A stretch of DNA of 64,000 nt from Elusimicrobiota bacterium (GCA_036574205.1 JAINCQ010000017.1:1-64000); one strand, 5' to 3'. Shown: positions 49,163 to 58,758, counted from the first letter of the stretch. Translations and numbers: made by a program. Notes: generated by a model not told the origin, from the sequence alone.

Positions 49163-49904
49163 ATGAAAAGGGTTGTAGTTTTGCCGGGATATAATGTAGA
49201 AAAAACGCTTGAAATGACCGTTAGAAGTATTCCAAATATAGAAAATTATCATTTAATTTTTGTAGATGATGGTTCAACTGACAATACCTATAATGTGGCT
49301 TTAAATCTTGGGATTGAAACTTATAGATTGGAGAAAAATAGTGGTTATGGTGCAAATCAAAAGGTTTGTTACAAAAAGGCTTTAGATAAAGGCGCAGATA
49401 TTATTATAATGCTTCATCCGGATTATCAGTATGAGCCAAAAGTTATTCCGATTATGCACTCTCTAATAGAAGAAGGGATATGCGATGTGGTTTTAGGAAA
49501 TCGTATAAGGACACGAAAAGAATCTATTGAAGGTGGTATGCCTGTTTATAAATATATTTCAAACAGAGTTTTGACAATCTTTGAAAATCTTGTAAGTGGA
49601 CAGAATCTTGGGGAATGGCATTCAGGATTAAGGGCATATTCTTCCAGAGTTTTAAGAACGATCAACTGGGAAAACAACTCAGACGATTTTGCTTTTGATA
49701 GCGAATTTCTGTTTCAGTGCGTAAATGCTGGTTTTAAAATAGGAGATATACCGGTGCCTGTTAAATACTTCAAAGAAGCTTCATCAATAGATTTATTTTT
49801 TAAGGGGGATAGTGTATGGCTCAAAGACTCTTGCTGTTGCTTTTAAATATTTGTTGTATAAATCTGGAATTTATAAGTCTTCATTATTTGATTTTAAAAT
49901 ATAA
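49163..49904 (+). pseudogene. Glycosyltransferase family 2 (Dpm1-like) with a frameshift near the 3' end
   Basis: VDDGSTD, GYGANQK, LHPDYQY, HSGLRAY. The frame as sequenced stops at 49846; a family-like tail IVYGSKTLAVAFKYLLYKSG continues in the +1 frame after the G5 run (49804-49808) to TAA 49904. Confidence 0.65.
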
Positions 49905-49916
49905 TAAAATAACTTT

Positions 49917-50669
49917 ATGGTGAAAATATCGTTTTCAATTATAGGGCATAACGAGGCAGATTTTATTGAGGGATGTTTTGAAAGTTTGAAAGATATTGCT
50001 TATGAAATAATATACGTAGATTGTCAGAGTAGCGATAATAGTGTTGAAATAGCTAAAAAGTATACTGATAAGATTTTTTATAGAGAAAATAATTTAAATT
50101 TAAATGTTAATAAGCAGTTTGGGATAGAACATTGTATTGGAGATTGGATTTTTTATATTGACCCTGACGAAAGATTAACTGAGGAATTAAAAAAAGAGAT
50201 ATTAAAAGTCCTTGAGGGTACTGAGTATAATGGCTTTTTGATTTCAAGAAAAAATTATTATCTTGGAAAATGGATTAAGTATGGGGGAAAATATCCTGAT
50301 AGACAGTTGAGACTTTTTAAAAATGGCAAAGGTGTATTTGAGTGTAAGAGTATACATGAGAGGATAAAAGTAGATGGTAAGATAGGATTATTAAAGGAAT
50401 ATTTTGAACATATAGTTGTAAAAGATTTAAAGCATATGGTAAGTAAGATGGACTCATATATTAATCGTGGGGCAATTGAAATGATAAGGTTAAATAGAAA
50501 ACCTTCCAGAGTTTTATTTAGAAGTATTAGAAATTTTTTTATAAATTATTTATTTAAATTTGGATTTTTAGATGGAAAGATAGGTTTTTTTGTCGCATTG
50601 ATAGATTTATTAAATGGTTTTTTCTATTATTTTAAAGTAAAAGAAATAGAAGGGAATAAGAGAATATGA
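49917..50669 (+). CDS. Glycosyltransferase family 2 (LPS core beta-glucosyltransferase-like)
   Basis: HNEA, VDCQSSD, WIFYIDPDE, YPDRQLRLF, IHE, GFLDG. Confidence 0.85.
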   Translation: MVKISFSIIGHNEADFIEGCFESLKDIAYEIIYVDCQSSDNSVEIAKKYTDKIFYRENNLNLNVNKQFGIEHCIGDWIFYIDPDERLTEELKKEILKVLEGTEYNGFLISRKNYYLGKWIKYGGKYPDRQLRLFKNGKGVFECKSIHERIKVDGKIGLLKEYFEHIVVKDLKHMVSKMDSYINRGAIEMIRLNRKPSRVLFRSIRNFFINYLFKFGFLDGKIGFFVALIDLLNGFFYYFKVKEIEGNKRI

Positions 50670-51868
50670 AAAAAATTTTTGAGTATAGCAAAAAATATCA
50701 TACTTATTTTTTTTATCTGTTTGCTATAGCCTCTGCAACTTCAATATCAGCTATGACTGCGCTTCTTTTTATTTTCTTGCTTTTTTATTTCTTGAATCTA
50801 AAGGAAAGTTTTAAAAATTCGCCAAAAGATTTTTTATATTTTGTCGGTTTTTATATTTGGCATGCAATAAGCGATATTTTAAATGGTGTTTTTTCAGAAG
50901 TTTTTACTTCTTTAAATAATATATGGGATAAAATTCCTTATGTTTCTGGTTCTGCTTTGAAGATAGATAAAGAAAAGGTATTAAATTTTTTAAAAATACT
51001 TTTGTGGGTTAATGTTTTTATAATAGTTTATGCTCTACTCCAAAAGTATGCTGGCTTTCCGGTGATTGTAAAAAGACTTTTTACGGAGGATATGTTAAGA
51101 TTCAAGGGGTATCATTCACATCCTTTGAGATTTGCTGGATATCTTTCAACAGTCTGCGTTATTGGTATATCTTTTGGAATTTTTTATTCTAAAAAATTTT
51201 TAATTCCTTCTTTGGTAGTTCTTTGTGGAATTATATTGAATGGATCAAGGAGTTACTGGTTTAGCGTTGTTTTAACAATTTTAATCCTTTCGCTATTTAG
51301 GTCTTTTAAAACATTTATTTTTTATTTTATTATTGTTTCAGTTTTTTGGGGAAGTTTTTATCTGGTCTTCCCTGAATTAAAATTGAGGGTTAATACAGCT
51401 TTTAATTCCCCTAAAACAATGGAGATGTCAAACATGTCATTAAGAATTAATTTCTGGAAAGCCGGGATTGAGATATTTGAAAAAAATCCAATTTATGGCA
51501 CTGGTAAAGGGACGATAACTCATTATTTAAAACCTTATTTTGAAAAAGGCTTGATTGATAACACTGCTCACTGTCATAACAGTTATATAACCTCAGCTGC
51601 TGAAACTGGAATAATTGGAGTTGGATTTTTTGTTTTTATTATTTTTTATTTTTTAAGAAAGTATCTTAAAGTAGCAAGAGAATTTAATGAAGATTTTTAT
51701 AAAGCATTTTATTATTCTCTTTTTGGTGGGTGGCTTAATGTAGCTTTAAGCGGTTTTTTTGAGTCTAACTTCTCTACCTTTGTCTTGTGGGGTTTTTTAA
51801 GTGTCTGGATGGGAATTGGTCAGGTTTTGCTTTTAAATGAGAATATAGATATTATTAGTAAAAAATAA
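50666..51868 (+). CDS. O-antigen ligase family protein (WaaL-like)
   Basis: Multi-TM, NGSRSYW, RINFW...NPIYGTG, HCHNSYI..AAETGIIG. Confidence 0.8.
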   Translation: MKKIFEYSKKYHTYFFYLFAIASATSISAMTALLFIFLLFYFLNLKESFKNSPKDFLYFVGFYIWHAISDILNGVFSEVFTSLNNIWDKIPYVSGSALKIDKEKVLNFLKILLWVNVFIIVYALLQKYAGFPVIVKRLFTEDMLRFKGYHSHPLRFAGYLSTVCVIGISFGIFYSKKFLIPSLVVLCGIILNGSRSYWFSVVLTILILSLFRSFKTFIFYFIIVSVFWGSFYLVFPELKLRVNTAFNSPKTMEMSNMSLRINFWKAGIEIFEKNPIYGTGKGTITHYLKPYFEKGLIDNTAHCHNSYITSAAETGIIGVGFFVFIIFYFLRKYLKVAREFNEDFYKAFYYSLFGGWLNVALSGFFESNFSTFVLWGFLSVWMGIGQVLLLNENIDIISKK

Positions 51869-51903
51869 ATTTTCTTAACGAGCGCCTTCTTGTTTTATTA
51901 CTG
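51869..51903. repeat. Left copy of a perfect 35-bp direct repeat (duplicated wbaP 3' end)
   Basis: ATTTTCTTAACGAGCGCCTTCTTGTTTTATTACTG identical at 51869-51903 and 53213-53247. Confidence 0.95.
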
Positions 51904-52008
51904 ATTTATTTTAAAAAGTGTTTTAATTATTAAAAAAGGCATTTTGTTAGACTTTTTTAGTGGGCCATAAATAACGAGTGTAACAAATTAATAAAAACAA
52001 ATAGTTGG

Positions 52009-52067
52009 TATTTTTAGTGAATTAACTCACCAAAAGTATTGACTTTTTGTGAATTAATTTGTATTCT
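52009..52067 (+). promoter_or_regulatory. Palindromic operator and leaderless-type promoter of ATPase 3
   Basis: TATTTTTAGTGAATT/AACTCACCAAAAGTA imperfect palindrome, TTGACT 52039-52044, 17-nt spacer containing a second GTGAATTAA, TATTCT 52062-52067, ATG 6 nt later. Confidence 0.6.
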
Positions 52068-52073
52068 ATTTTT

Positions 52074-53198
52074 ATGCTACTAAAAAGAATTATACAAGAT
52101 AAAATTGAGAAATTAATGTTTAGGGGTAAGGTAATAATAGTTTATGGTCCCAGACAGGTTGGTAAAACTACCCTTATTAAACAAATAGAAAAAAAATATG
52201 AAGATATTTCTTTATATTTAAACTGTGATGAACCGGATATACAGGAAATTTTTTCTAAAACATCTACGCAAATCAAAAGTTTTTTTGGAAATAAAAGATT
52301 GATATTAATTGATGAGGCTCAGCAGATAAAAAATATTGGGCAATTTTTAAAGCTTGTTAGCGATAATTTCAAAGAGATACAAATTATTGTTACAGGCTCA
52401 TCATCTTTTGAATTGTCAGAAAAGATTATAGAGCCACTTACTGGTAGAAAATATGAATTTGTCCTTTATCCTCTATCGCTTGTAGAATTAAAACAATTGT
52501 ATTCAGATCTGGAAATTAAAAGATTGGTTGAAGAGTTTATGATTTATGGGATGTACCCTGAAATACTTTTAAACTCGCAGGAAAGGGAAATAAATCTTAA
52601 ATCAATAGCCAGAAGTTATTCTTATAAAGATGTGTTAAAGTTTCAGAATATAAAAAATCCAGAGGTTTTAGATAAACTTTTGAAAGCTCTGGCTCTTCAA
52701 ATAGGAAATGAGGTGTCTTATAATGAACTTGCTCAAATAGTAGGAGTAGATAAAAATACTGTTTCGTCTTATCTTCAAATATTGGAGAAAGCGTTTATAA
52801 TTTATAGAATTGGTCCTTTTAGTAGAAATATTAGAAATGAGATTAAAAAATTAAGAAAAGTATTTTTCCTTGATACAGGAATAAGGAATGCTCTTATAAA
52901 TAATTTAAATGATTTGAGTATTAGAAATGATGTTGGAAATTTATGGGAAAATTTCTGGATAATTGAAAGAATAAAATATCTTGAGTATTTTAATTATGGA
53001 GCAAATTATTATTATTGGAGAACAAAACAGGGACAGGAAATAGATTTTTTAGAAGAATATGATGGTAAAATACATGCTTATGAGTTAAAGTGGAAATCAT
53101 CTAAAATTAAAATCCCATCTTTATTTGTTGAAAATTACAAAGAATCAGAATTTAATGTAGTAAATAGGGAAAATTTTCTTGATTTTTTTAAACTTTAA
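52074..53198 (+). CDS. AAA_14 ATPase with DUF4143 and PD-(D/E)xK-like C-terminus, copy 3
   Basis: GPRQVGKT, IDEAQ, VTGSS, EPLTGR, KVFFLDTG, LWENF, YYWRT..EIDFL...YELK; start moved to ATG 52074. Confidence 0.88.
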   Translation: MLLKRIIQDKIEKLMFRGKVIIVYGPRQVGKTTLIKQIEKKYEDISLYLNCDEPDIQEIFSKTSTQIKSFFGNKRLILIDEAQQIKNIGQFLKLVSDNFKEIQIIVTGSSSFELSEKIIEPLTGRKYEFVLYPLSLVELKQLYSDLEIKRLVEEFMIYGMYPEILLNSQEREINLKSIARSYSYKDVLKFQNIKNPEVLDKLLKALALQIGNEVSYNELAQIVGVDKNTVSSYLQILEKAFIIYRIGPFSRNIRNEIKKLRKVFFLDTGIRNALINNLNDLSIRNDVGNLWENFWIIERIKYLEYFNYGANYYYWRTKQGQEIDFLEEYDGKIHAYELKWKSSKIKIPSLFVENYKESEFNVVNRENFLDFFKL

Positions 53199-53212
53199 TA
53201 ATATATGTTAGT

Positions 53213-53247
53213 ATTTTCTTAACGAGCGCCTTCTTGTTTTATTACTG
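53213..53247. repeat. Right copy of the 35-bp direct repeat (contains the real wbaP stop)
   Basis: Identical to 51869-51903. Confidence 0.95.
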
Positions 53248-54643
53248 CTTTTATAGTTTTTAGTAATATTACAATATCAAGCCATAGATTCCAGTTTTTC
53301 ACATACCAGCTGTCCAATAATACTCTGTACTCATATGATACACTACTTCTTCCACTTACCTGCCATAGTCCTGTTATTCCCGGAGGAACTTTGAAATAAT
53401 AATCTGCGTTTTCTTTATAGTACTCATCTATTTCTCTTTGAACTACTGGTCTTGGGCCTACTAAAGACATCTCTCCTTTTAAAATATTGAATATTTGAGG
53501 GATTTCGTCAAGCGATGTTTTTCTCAAAAATTTGCCAATTGGAGTTATTCTCGGGTCATCATTAAGCTTCCAGTATGTTTCCCATTCTTTTTTCTTTTCA
53601 GGGTCGCTTTCAAGGATTTCTTTAAGTTTTTCATCAGCATCTTTATACATAGTTCTAAATTTGTAGCAGTTAAATTCTTTACCATTTTTCCCTATTCTTT
53701 TGTGAGAGTATATAATACTTCCTTCACTTGTAAACTTTATTAGTATTGCTATTATAATAATTATCGGGAGTATCAAAAAAAATATTAAAATTGAAAAAAT
53801 GTAATCTATGACTCTTTTTGTTATATAGTTTGTAATATTTGAAAGATTGTTTTTTATTTCAAAAGCTATTGTTTGCTGATTGAAAAAATATTTTATTTCA
53901 GTCCCATATGCAGCTATGCCTTTTATGTCTGGAACATATATAACATTTTCAGCTTTATGTTGTATTCTGTTTATAAATGATGAGAGATCTTTACTTGAAA
54001 AATCCTCTTTTGCAATAATAACATCTGTTATGTGAGCAATTTTTATATAGCTTTCTATTTTGTTTAGACCGGAATGAATTTTGTTGCCTTCAATTTCTTT
54101 TTTTGTTTTAAGATCATCTATAAAACCGGAGATTTTATAACATAAATTTGGTTCATTTTTTATTGACTGATATATGCTTTCAGCAAGGGTTGAACTTCCT
54201 ATTATAAGCGCTTTTTTTATAAATAACCCGCTTTTATAAAGAAGTTTTCTTATTGGTAATCTTATTGCAGGAAATAGTAAAATTAAGAGAACATTATAGG
54301 TTATTATAAGTGTTCTGGAATAAACGGTGGATATTTTGCCTATAAAAAATATAAATAATATTATTATGGCAGCTATGGTTATAGATTCAATTATGTTTTT
54401 TATCTCATCCCAGAAGGGGAAGGTTTTATTGTAGAGTTTTTTGTAAAAGAATATTATGATGTATATTACAAAAATCCAGATATAGTTAATCGTTTTATGA
54501 TGAAATGGAGGTAGAGTTAAAAAATGAGGGAGGATATAAATTCTTATGGCTTTTGCAGCCTCAAAAATCACTAATAGTAAAAGAATATCCGCAAATAATA
54601 AAATTATTGTAGCTAAATTTTTTTTTAGTTTGGTAATGTTCAC
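53219..54643 (-). CDS. wbaP: Undecaprenyl-phosphate galactose phosphotransferase (WbaP-like initiating transferase)
   Basis: N-terminal TMs, KRVID, YKFRTM, DDPRIT, RKTSLDE, MSLVGPRP, PGITGLWQVSGR; GTG start. Confidence 0.88.
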   Translation of the reverse strand: MNITKLKKNLATIILLFADILLLLVIFEAAKAIRIYILPHFLTLPPFHHKTINYIWIFVIYIIIFFYKKLYNKTFPFWDEIKNIIESITIAAIIILFIFFIGKISTVYSRTLIITYNVLLILLFPAIRLPIRKLLYKSGLFIKKALIIGSSTLAESIYQSIKNEPNLCYKISGFIDDLKTKKEIEGNKIHSGLNKIESYIKIAHITDVIIAKEDFSSKDLSSFINRIQHKAENVIYVPDIKGIAAYGTEIKYFFNQQTIAFEIKNNLSNITNYITKRVIDYIFSILIFFLILPIIIIIAILIKFTSEGSIIYSHKRIGKNGKEFNCYKFRTMYKDADEKLKEILESDPEKKKEWETYWKLNDDPRITPIGKFLRKTSLDEIPQIFNILKGEMSLVGPRPVVQREIDEYYKENADYYFKVPPGITGLWQVSGRSSVSYEYRVLLDSWYVKNWNLWLDIVILLKTIKAVIKQEGAR

Positions 54644-54749
54644 AGTATAATATTATACAAAATAGACAAATATAGCTTATACTTTTGTTTTTTGCTATTT
54701 TTGCAGTAAGTCTTAAAAGGTTATTGTTTTATTGCTAAAATTTATTTAT

Positions 54750-56267
54750 ATGAAGGTATTATCTTTTTTCTTTTTGCTTACAGCAAGTAGTTTCGCGGTG
54801 GATATTGATTATGATGGATATAAAACCTATATATGTGATGAGATAAAAAAGCCATTTTTTAGGTATATAGAAGAAAACGGGGAAAAATATGCAGTTCCAA
54901 ATAGAAGCTTTAGCTCAAATTTCAAGATACCTCTTATTAAAACAAACAAAAAGAGAATTTTTATTTTGGGAGAATCTATTGCTCAAATACTGCTTTCTCC
55001 ACAATCAGAATATTTTTCTGTGGAAAATTATGAGTGGTTTAATCTTGGTATGGGGGCATATGATAGTCAGAGGATAAAAAATGTTTTAGAAGAATCTATC
55101 GTTCTTAAGCCAGATATAGTAATTATATTAAGTGGTAATAATGAGTTTTTAAATGAAGGACGATGTGGAAAAAAAATTTTAAGTGGATTTATAAATTCTA
55201 TTTCAAAAGATATAAATCATAATTATCTGGAAAACATAAGAAGACATAAAAAAATATTAAAAGAAATGGTTGAGATAGCTTCAAAAAATAATATAAAACT
55301 GGCTTTTACAACTGTCCCTCAAAATCTCTTAATGCCACCTAAGGGCGTTTTGCCTTTAAATTCAGAGCTCATAAAGGCAATCAATTTAATAAGTTTAAAA
55401 AAATACGATATTGCCTTTAGTTTAATTGAGAAAATAAAAGGGCTGGATAATAATCCTTTTCTGGATTATTATGCAGGAGTTGTTTTGTATAATACTAAAA
55501 ATTATTCAAAAGCATTTGAGCGTTTAAATAAAGCAATTAGAGAAGAAATAATGATTGATAGATCAGATGATATAAGAAATGATATGATAAAAAAAACAGC
55601 TATGGAAAGTGGGATATGTATAATAGATCTTGACGGATATTTTAAAAAAATTTCAAATAATATAATAATAAATCCTGACTATTTTGCGGATTATGTCCAC
55701 TGGTTTAAGACGCTGAATCCATCTATTCATAGGTTTATTTTTAATGAACTTGAAGAATGTAGATATATTAAACATATAGACTCAAGAGAAATAGATATTA
55801 AAGGTTATCTTACTCAGAATGAGATTGATAGTATTCTTTTATATACTGTGGCTTATATGCCAACTTTGAAAGAAAATGATTTTTTTGATGAAAGGATAAT
55901 TTATATGCTTGATAGGTTTATAAAAATGAATAAAAAAGATTGGAGATATTATTTGGATAGAAGAAAATTTAATATGAAAATCAGAAATTCAATGTGGGTT
56001 AAATTAGAGGGTGATGATGAATTGTATGATAATTTTTTAATATATTTAGCTGAGGTATATAGACGAAATAAAAAAAATAATATAGCCCTGTCAATTATTG
56101 ATTTGGTAGATGGTTTTTATTCTAAGAAATTATTGGTTAAAGGTCTTAGTCTTAAAGAATCTGGAAAGGAAAAAGAGTTTTTAGATTTTTGCCGTGATAA
56201 TTATGCATATCTTCATTTATATAAGAATATTATGGAAAATTATTCTTCTCAATGTCATCTCCCATAA
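54750..56267 (+). CDS. Exported SGNH/GDSL hydrolase-like protein with TPR-like segments
   Basis: Signal peptide MKVLSFFFLLTASSFA; blocks FILGES, NLGMG, LSGNNE, DYVH. Confidence 0.6.
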   Translation: MKVLSFFFLLTASSFAVDIDYDGYKTYICDEIKKPFFRYIEENGEKYAVPNRSFSSNFKIPLIKTNKKRIFILGESIAQILLSPQSEYFSVENYEWFNLGMGAYDSQRIKNVLEESIVLKPDIVIILSGNNEFLNEGRCGKKILSGFINSISKDINHNYLENIRRHKKILKEMVEIASKNNIKLAFTTVPQNLLMPPKGVLPLNSELIKAINLISLKKYDIAFSLIEKIKGLDNNPFLDYYAGVVLYNTKNYSKAFERLNKAIREEIMIDRSDDIRNDMIKKTAMESGICIIDLDGYFKKISNNIIINPDYFADYVHWFKTLNPSIHRFIFNELEECRYIKHIDSREIDIKGYLTQNEIDSILLYTVAYMPTLKENDFFDERIIYMLDRFIKMNKKDWRYYLDRRKFNMKIRNSMWVKLEGDDELYDNFLIYLAEVYRRNKKNNIALSIIDLVDGFYSKKLLVKGLSLKESGKEKEFLDFCRDNYAYLHLYKNIMENYSSQCHLP

Positions 56268-56355
56268 TTAATAATCTAAGGAATAAATTTTAGTTTAAAT
56301 TTCCAATTCTGCAATTATTTAAACAGAAGTAGTTCTTTATATAAAAAATAACAGG

Positions 56356-56382
56356 AAATAAAAATGCCCGGTATAGGACTTG
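56356..56382 (-). repeat. att-like duplicate of the tRNA-Val 3' end
   Basis: 27 nt AAATAAAAATGCCCGGTATAGGACTTG identical to 56827-56853 (18 nt of tRNA plus 9 nt of trailer). Confidence 0.9.
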
Positions 56383-56826
56383 CCTACAAATAAATTTTGC
56401 TCACCGCAAAATTTTTTGCAGGCCGCCCCTCGCAAAACTTTATGTTTAAGTTTTGGTGCAACCTTTCCAACCTCGCAGGTTGTCCGCTGACTCATCTGCT
56501 AACTATAATTTCAACCTCGTAGGTTGTCCTGAGGTTTTGCAAATTCCCTCTCCTTTCTTGGAGAGGGTTGGGGTGAGGAGACTTAGTTTTTCACCTCACC
56601 TTAATCCTCTCCCATCAAGGGAGAGGAAATATAAGTATCAGCAAGGAGATTTAATTATTTCACCATCATCCTGCACCTTCCTACATCAAGGGGTAAGGGA
56701 TTTTAATATCGGGGGGATTCTTTTGCAGATAAAATTTTATCACCGAAAATTTTTTTCAAGGCCATGCCCCTCGCAAAACTGTATGTCAATGTTTTGCTGC
56801 GGGCTTTCAAGTCTGGCAATCTAAAA
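56383..56826. mobile_element. Non-coding, repeat-rich mini-element at the tRNA-Val 3' end
   Basis: Bounded by the 27-bp direct repeats; internal about 55-nt direct repeats (56392-56447, 56732-56787), two CAACCT-N3-AGGTTG hairpins and three REP hairpins. Confidence 0.6.
56546..56709. repeat. REP cluster: one forward REP plus an inverted copy of the REP doublet
   Basis: CCCTCTCC-TTTCTT-GGAGAGGG-TTGGGGTGAGG (56546-56578); 56587-56709 is a close reverse-complement copy of 26834-26956. Confidence 0.85.
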
Positions 56827-56835
56827 AAATAAAAA

Positions 56836-56909
56836 TGCCCGGTATAGGACTTGAACCTATGACCTTTCCCATGTCAAGGGAACGCGCTAGCCAGCTGCGC
56901 CAACCGGGC
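56836..56909 (-). tRNA. tRNA-Val(GAC), CCA not encoded
   Basis: Reverse complement GCCCGGTTGGCGCAGCTGGCTAGCGCGTTCCCTTGACATGGGAAAGGTCATAGGTTCAAGTCCTATACCGGGCA folds as a cloverleaf; anticodon loop TT-GAC-AT. Confidence 0.95.
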
Positions 56910-57015
56910 TATAATAAATATTATAATAAAAATTAAATAGAAAACGAAGTTTGGATTAAGAAAAATTATAAGTTATTATTTAATTTTAATATAATAGATT
57001 GTATAAGGAGAAGTT

Positions 57016-58758
57016 ATGAATGAGAAGATTTTGAGGATAAGACATTCTTTTTCGCATGTACTGGCACTCGCTGTAAAAAGGTTGTATAAAGATGTGAAAT
57101 TAGGAATTGGTCCAGCAATAGATAATGGATTTTATTATGATTTTGATTTTGCCCAGCCCTTAAAAGAGGAAGAACTATCAAAGATAGAAGATGAGATGAG
57201 AAGGATAATAAATAGCGAACAGGAGTTTATAGGAGAAGAATGGGAAAAGGAAAAAGCAAGGAAGTATTTTTTTAAACTTGGAGAGAAATTTAAAGTTGAG
57301 CTTATTGATGATATTCAAGGTGATAAAGTTGGCATATATAAAAACGGGGAGTTTATAGATCTTTGCAAAGGACCACATGTCAAAAATACATCTGAGCTTA
57401 AAAAAGCAGCTTTTAAGCTTTCGTCTATTGCGGGGGCATATTGGAAGGGAAGCGAGAGAAATCCTATGCTTACGAGAATTTATGGACTGGCATTTGAAAA
57501 TCAGAAAAAGCTTGATGAGTATATAAAATTTCAGGAGGAGGCTGCTAAAAGAGATCATAGAGTTTTAGCGAAACAACTTGATTTATATAGTGTAAATGAA
57601 TATGTTGGACCGGGGCTTATATTGTGGCATCCAAATGGCGCTACTATAAGATTAGAGATTGAAAATTTCTGGAGAGAAAGGCATCTTGCAAGTGGCTACA
57701 AATTTGTCTATACCCCTCATATTGGAAGGGATAATTTATGGAAAACATCAGGACATTTGGGATTTTATAAAGATGCTATGTATTCTCCTATGAAAATAGA
57801 TGAGATTAATTATTATATTAAGCCAATGAACTGTCCCTTCCATATTCAGATATATAAGTCTAAGACAAGATCTTATAGAGATTTGCCACTTAGATGGGCT
57901 GAGCTTGGAACAGTTTATAGGTTTGAGAAAGCTGGTGTCCTTCATGGGCTTCTGAGGGTGAGAGGTTTTACTCAGGATGACGCTCATATAATATGTTCCA
58001 GAGAACAGGTTGAGGAAGAGGTTGAAAGAGTATTGAATTTCAGCTTAAATATCTGGGATGTTTTTGGATTTAAGGATGTAAAAGCTTATATATCCACAAA
58101 ACCCAGGGATGCTATTGGTGATGAAGAATTATGGCATAAAGCCGAAAAAAGTCTTATGTTAGCTGTGGAAAAAGAGAATCTAAAATATGAAATTGATGAG
58201 GGGGGGGGAGCGTTTTATGGGCCAAAAATAGATCTTAAAATTAAAGATGCAATAGGAAGAGAATGGCAAACAACTACAATTCAATTTGATTTCAATATGC
58301 CAGAAAGATTTCAGATGGAATATTCAGGATCGGATGGAAAGCTTCACCGTCCATATATGATACACAGAGCGCTATTGGGTTCGCTTGAAAGATTTTTTGG
58401 TATTTTAATAGAAAATTTTGCTGGAGCTTTTCCTACCTGGCTTAGCCCTGTTCAGGTTTATGTTCTTAATATAACAAGTGAGCAAGAGCGATATGCAAAA
58501 TCTATATATGATAAACTTATAGAAAATGGGATAAGAACAGAAGTAGATTTTTCAACAGAGCCTATATCCGGAAAAATAAGGGCTGCAACGCTTTTAAAAC
58601 CACCGTATATTTTGATAGTTGGAAAGAAAGAGATGGAAAAAAATCTTATATCAATAAAGATCAGAGGAAATAAAAATATTTATGATATAGATTTAAATGA
58701 CTTCATCTCAAAAATAAAAGAAGAGATAAAAACAAGGAAGTTAACGCTTTCATATTGA
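57016..58758 (+). CDS. thrS: Threonine--tRNA ligase (short form without TGS domain)
   Basis: RHSFSH, DLCKGPH, RDHR, KPMNCPFH, RVRGFTQDDAH, GAFYGPKID, IHRA. Confidence 0.97.
   Translation: MNEKILRIRHSFSHVLALAVKRLYKDVKLGIGPAIDNGFYYDFDFAQPLKEEELSKIEDEMRRIINSEQEFIGEEWEKEKARKYFFKLGEKFKVELIDDIQGDKVGIYKNGEFIDLCKGPHVKNTSELKKAAFKLSSIAGAYWKGSERNPMLTRIYGLAFENQKKLDEYIKFQEEAAKRDHRVLAKQLDLYSVNEYVGPGLILWHPNGATIRLEIENFWRERHLASGYKFVYTPHIGRDNLWKTSGHLGFYKDAMYSPMKIDEINYYIKPMNCPFHIQIYKSKTRSYRDLPLRWAELGTVYRFEKAGVLHGLLRVRGFTQDDAHIICSREQVEEEVERVLNFSLNIWDVFGFKDVKAYISTKPRDAIGDEELWHKAEKSLMLAVEKENLKYEIDEGGGAFYGPKIDLKIKDAIGREWQTTTIQFDFNMPERFQMEYSGSDGKLHRPYMIHRALLGSLERFFGILIENFAGAFPTWLSPVQVYVLNITSEQERYAKSIYDKLIENGIRTEVDFSTEPISGKIRAATLLKPPYILIVGKKEMEKNLISIKIRGNKNIYDIDLNDFISKIKEEIKTRKLTLSY

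Noticed and set aside
51961..51976. GGGCCATAAATAAC resembling an IS/MITE terminus inside the ATPase-3 insert
   Set aside because: I could not find a matching inverted end.
26834..56709. Possible CRISPR array among the repeats
   Set aside because: No run of three or more regularly spaced identical repeats with unique spacers, and no cas genes.
56453..56824. 123-aa ORF in the tRNA-adjacent region
   Set aside because: It is a translation of REP repeats (SPHLNPLPSRER type), with a GTG start and no RBS; likely spurious.
56910..57015. T-box riboswitch upstream of thrS
   Set aside because: Only about 105 nt of AT-rich DNA, with no T-box consensus or terminator hairpin.
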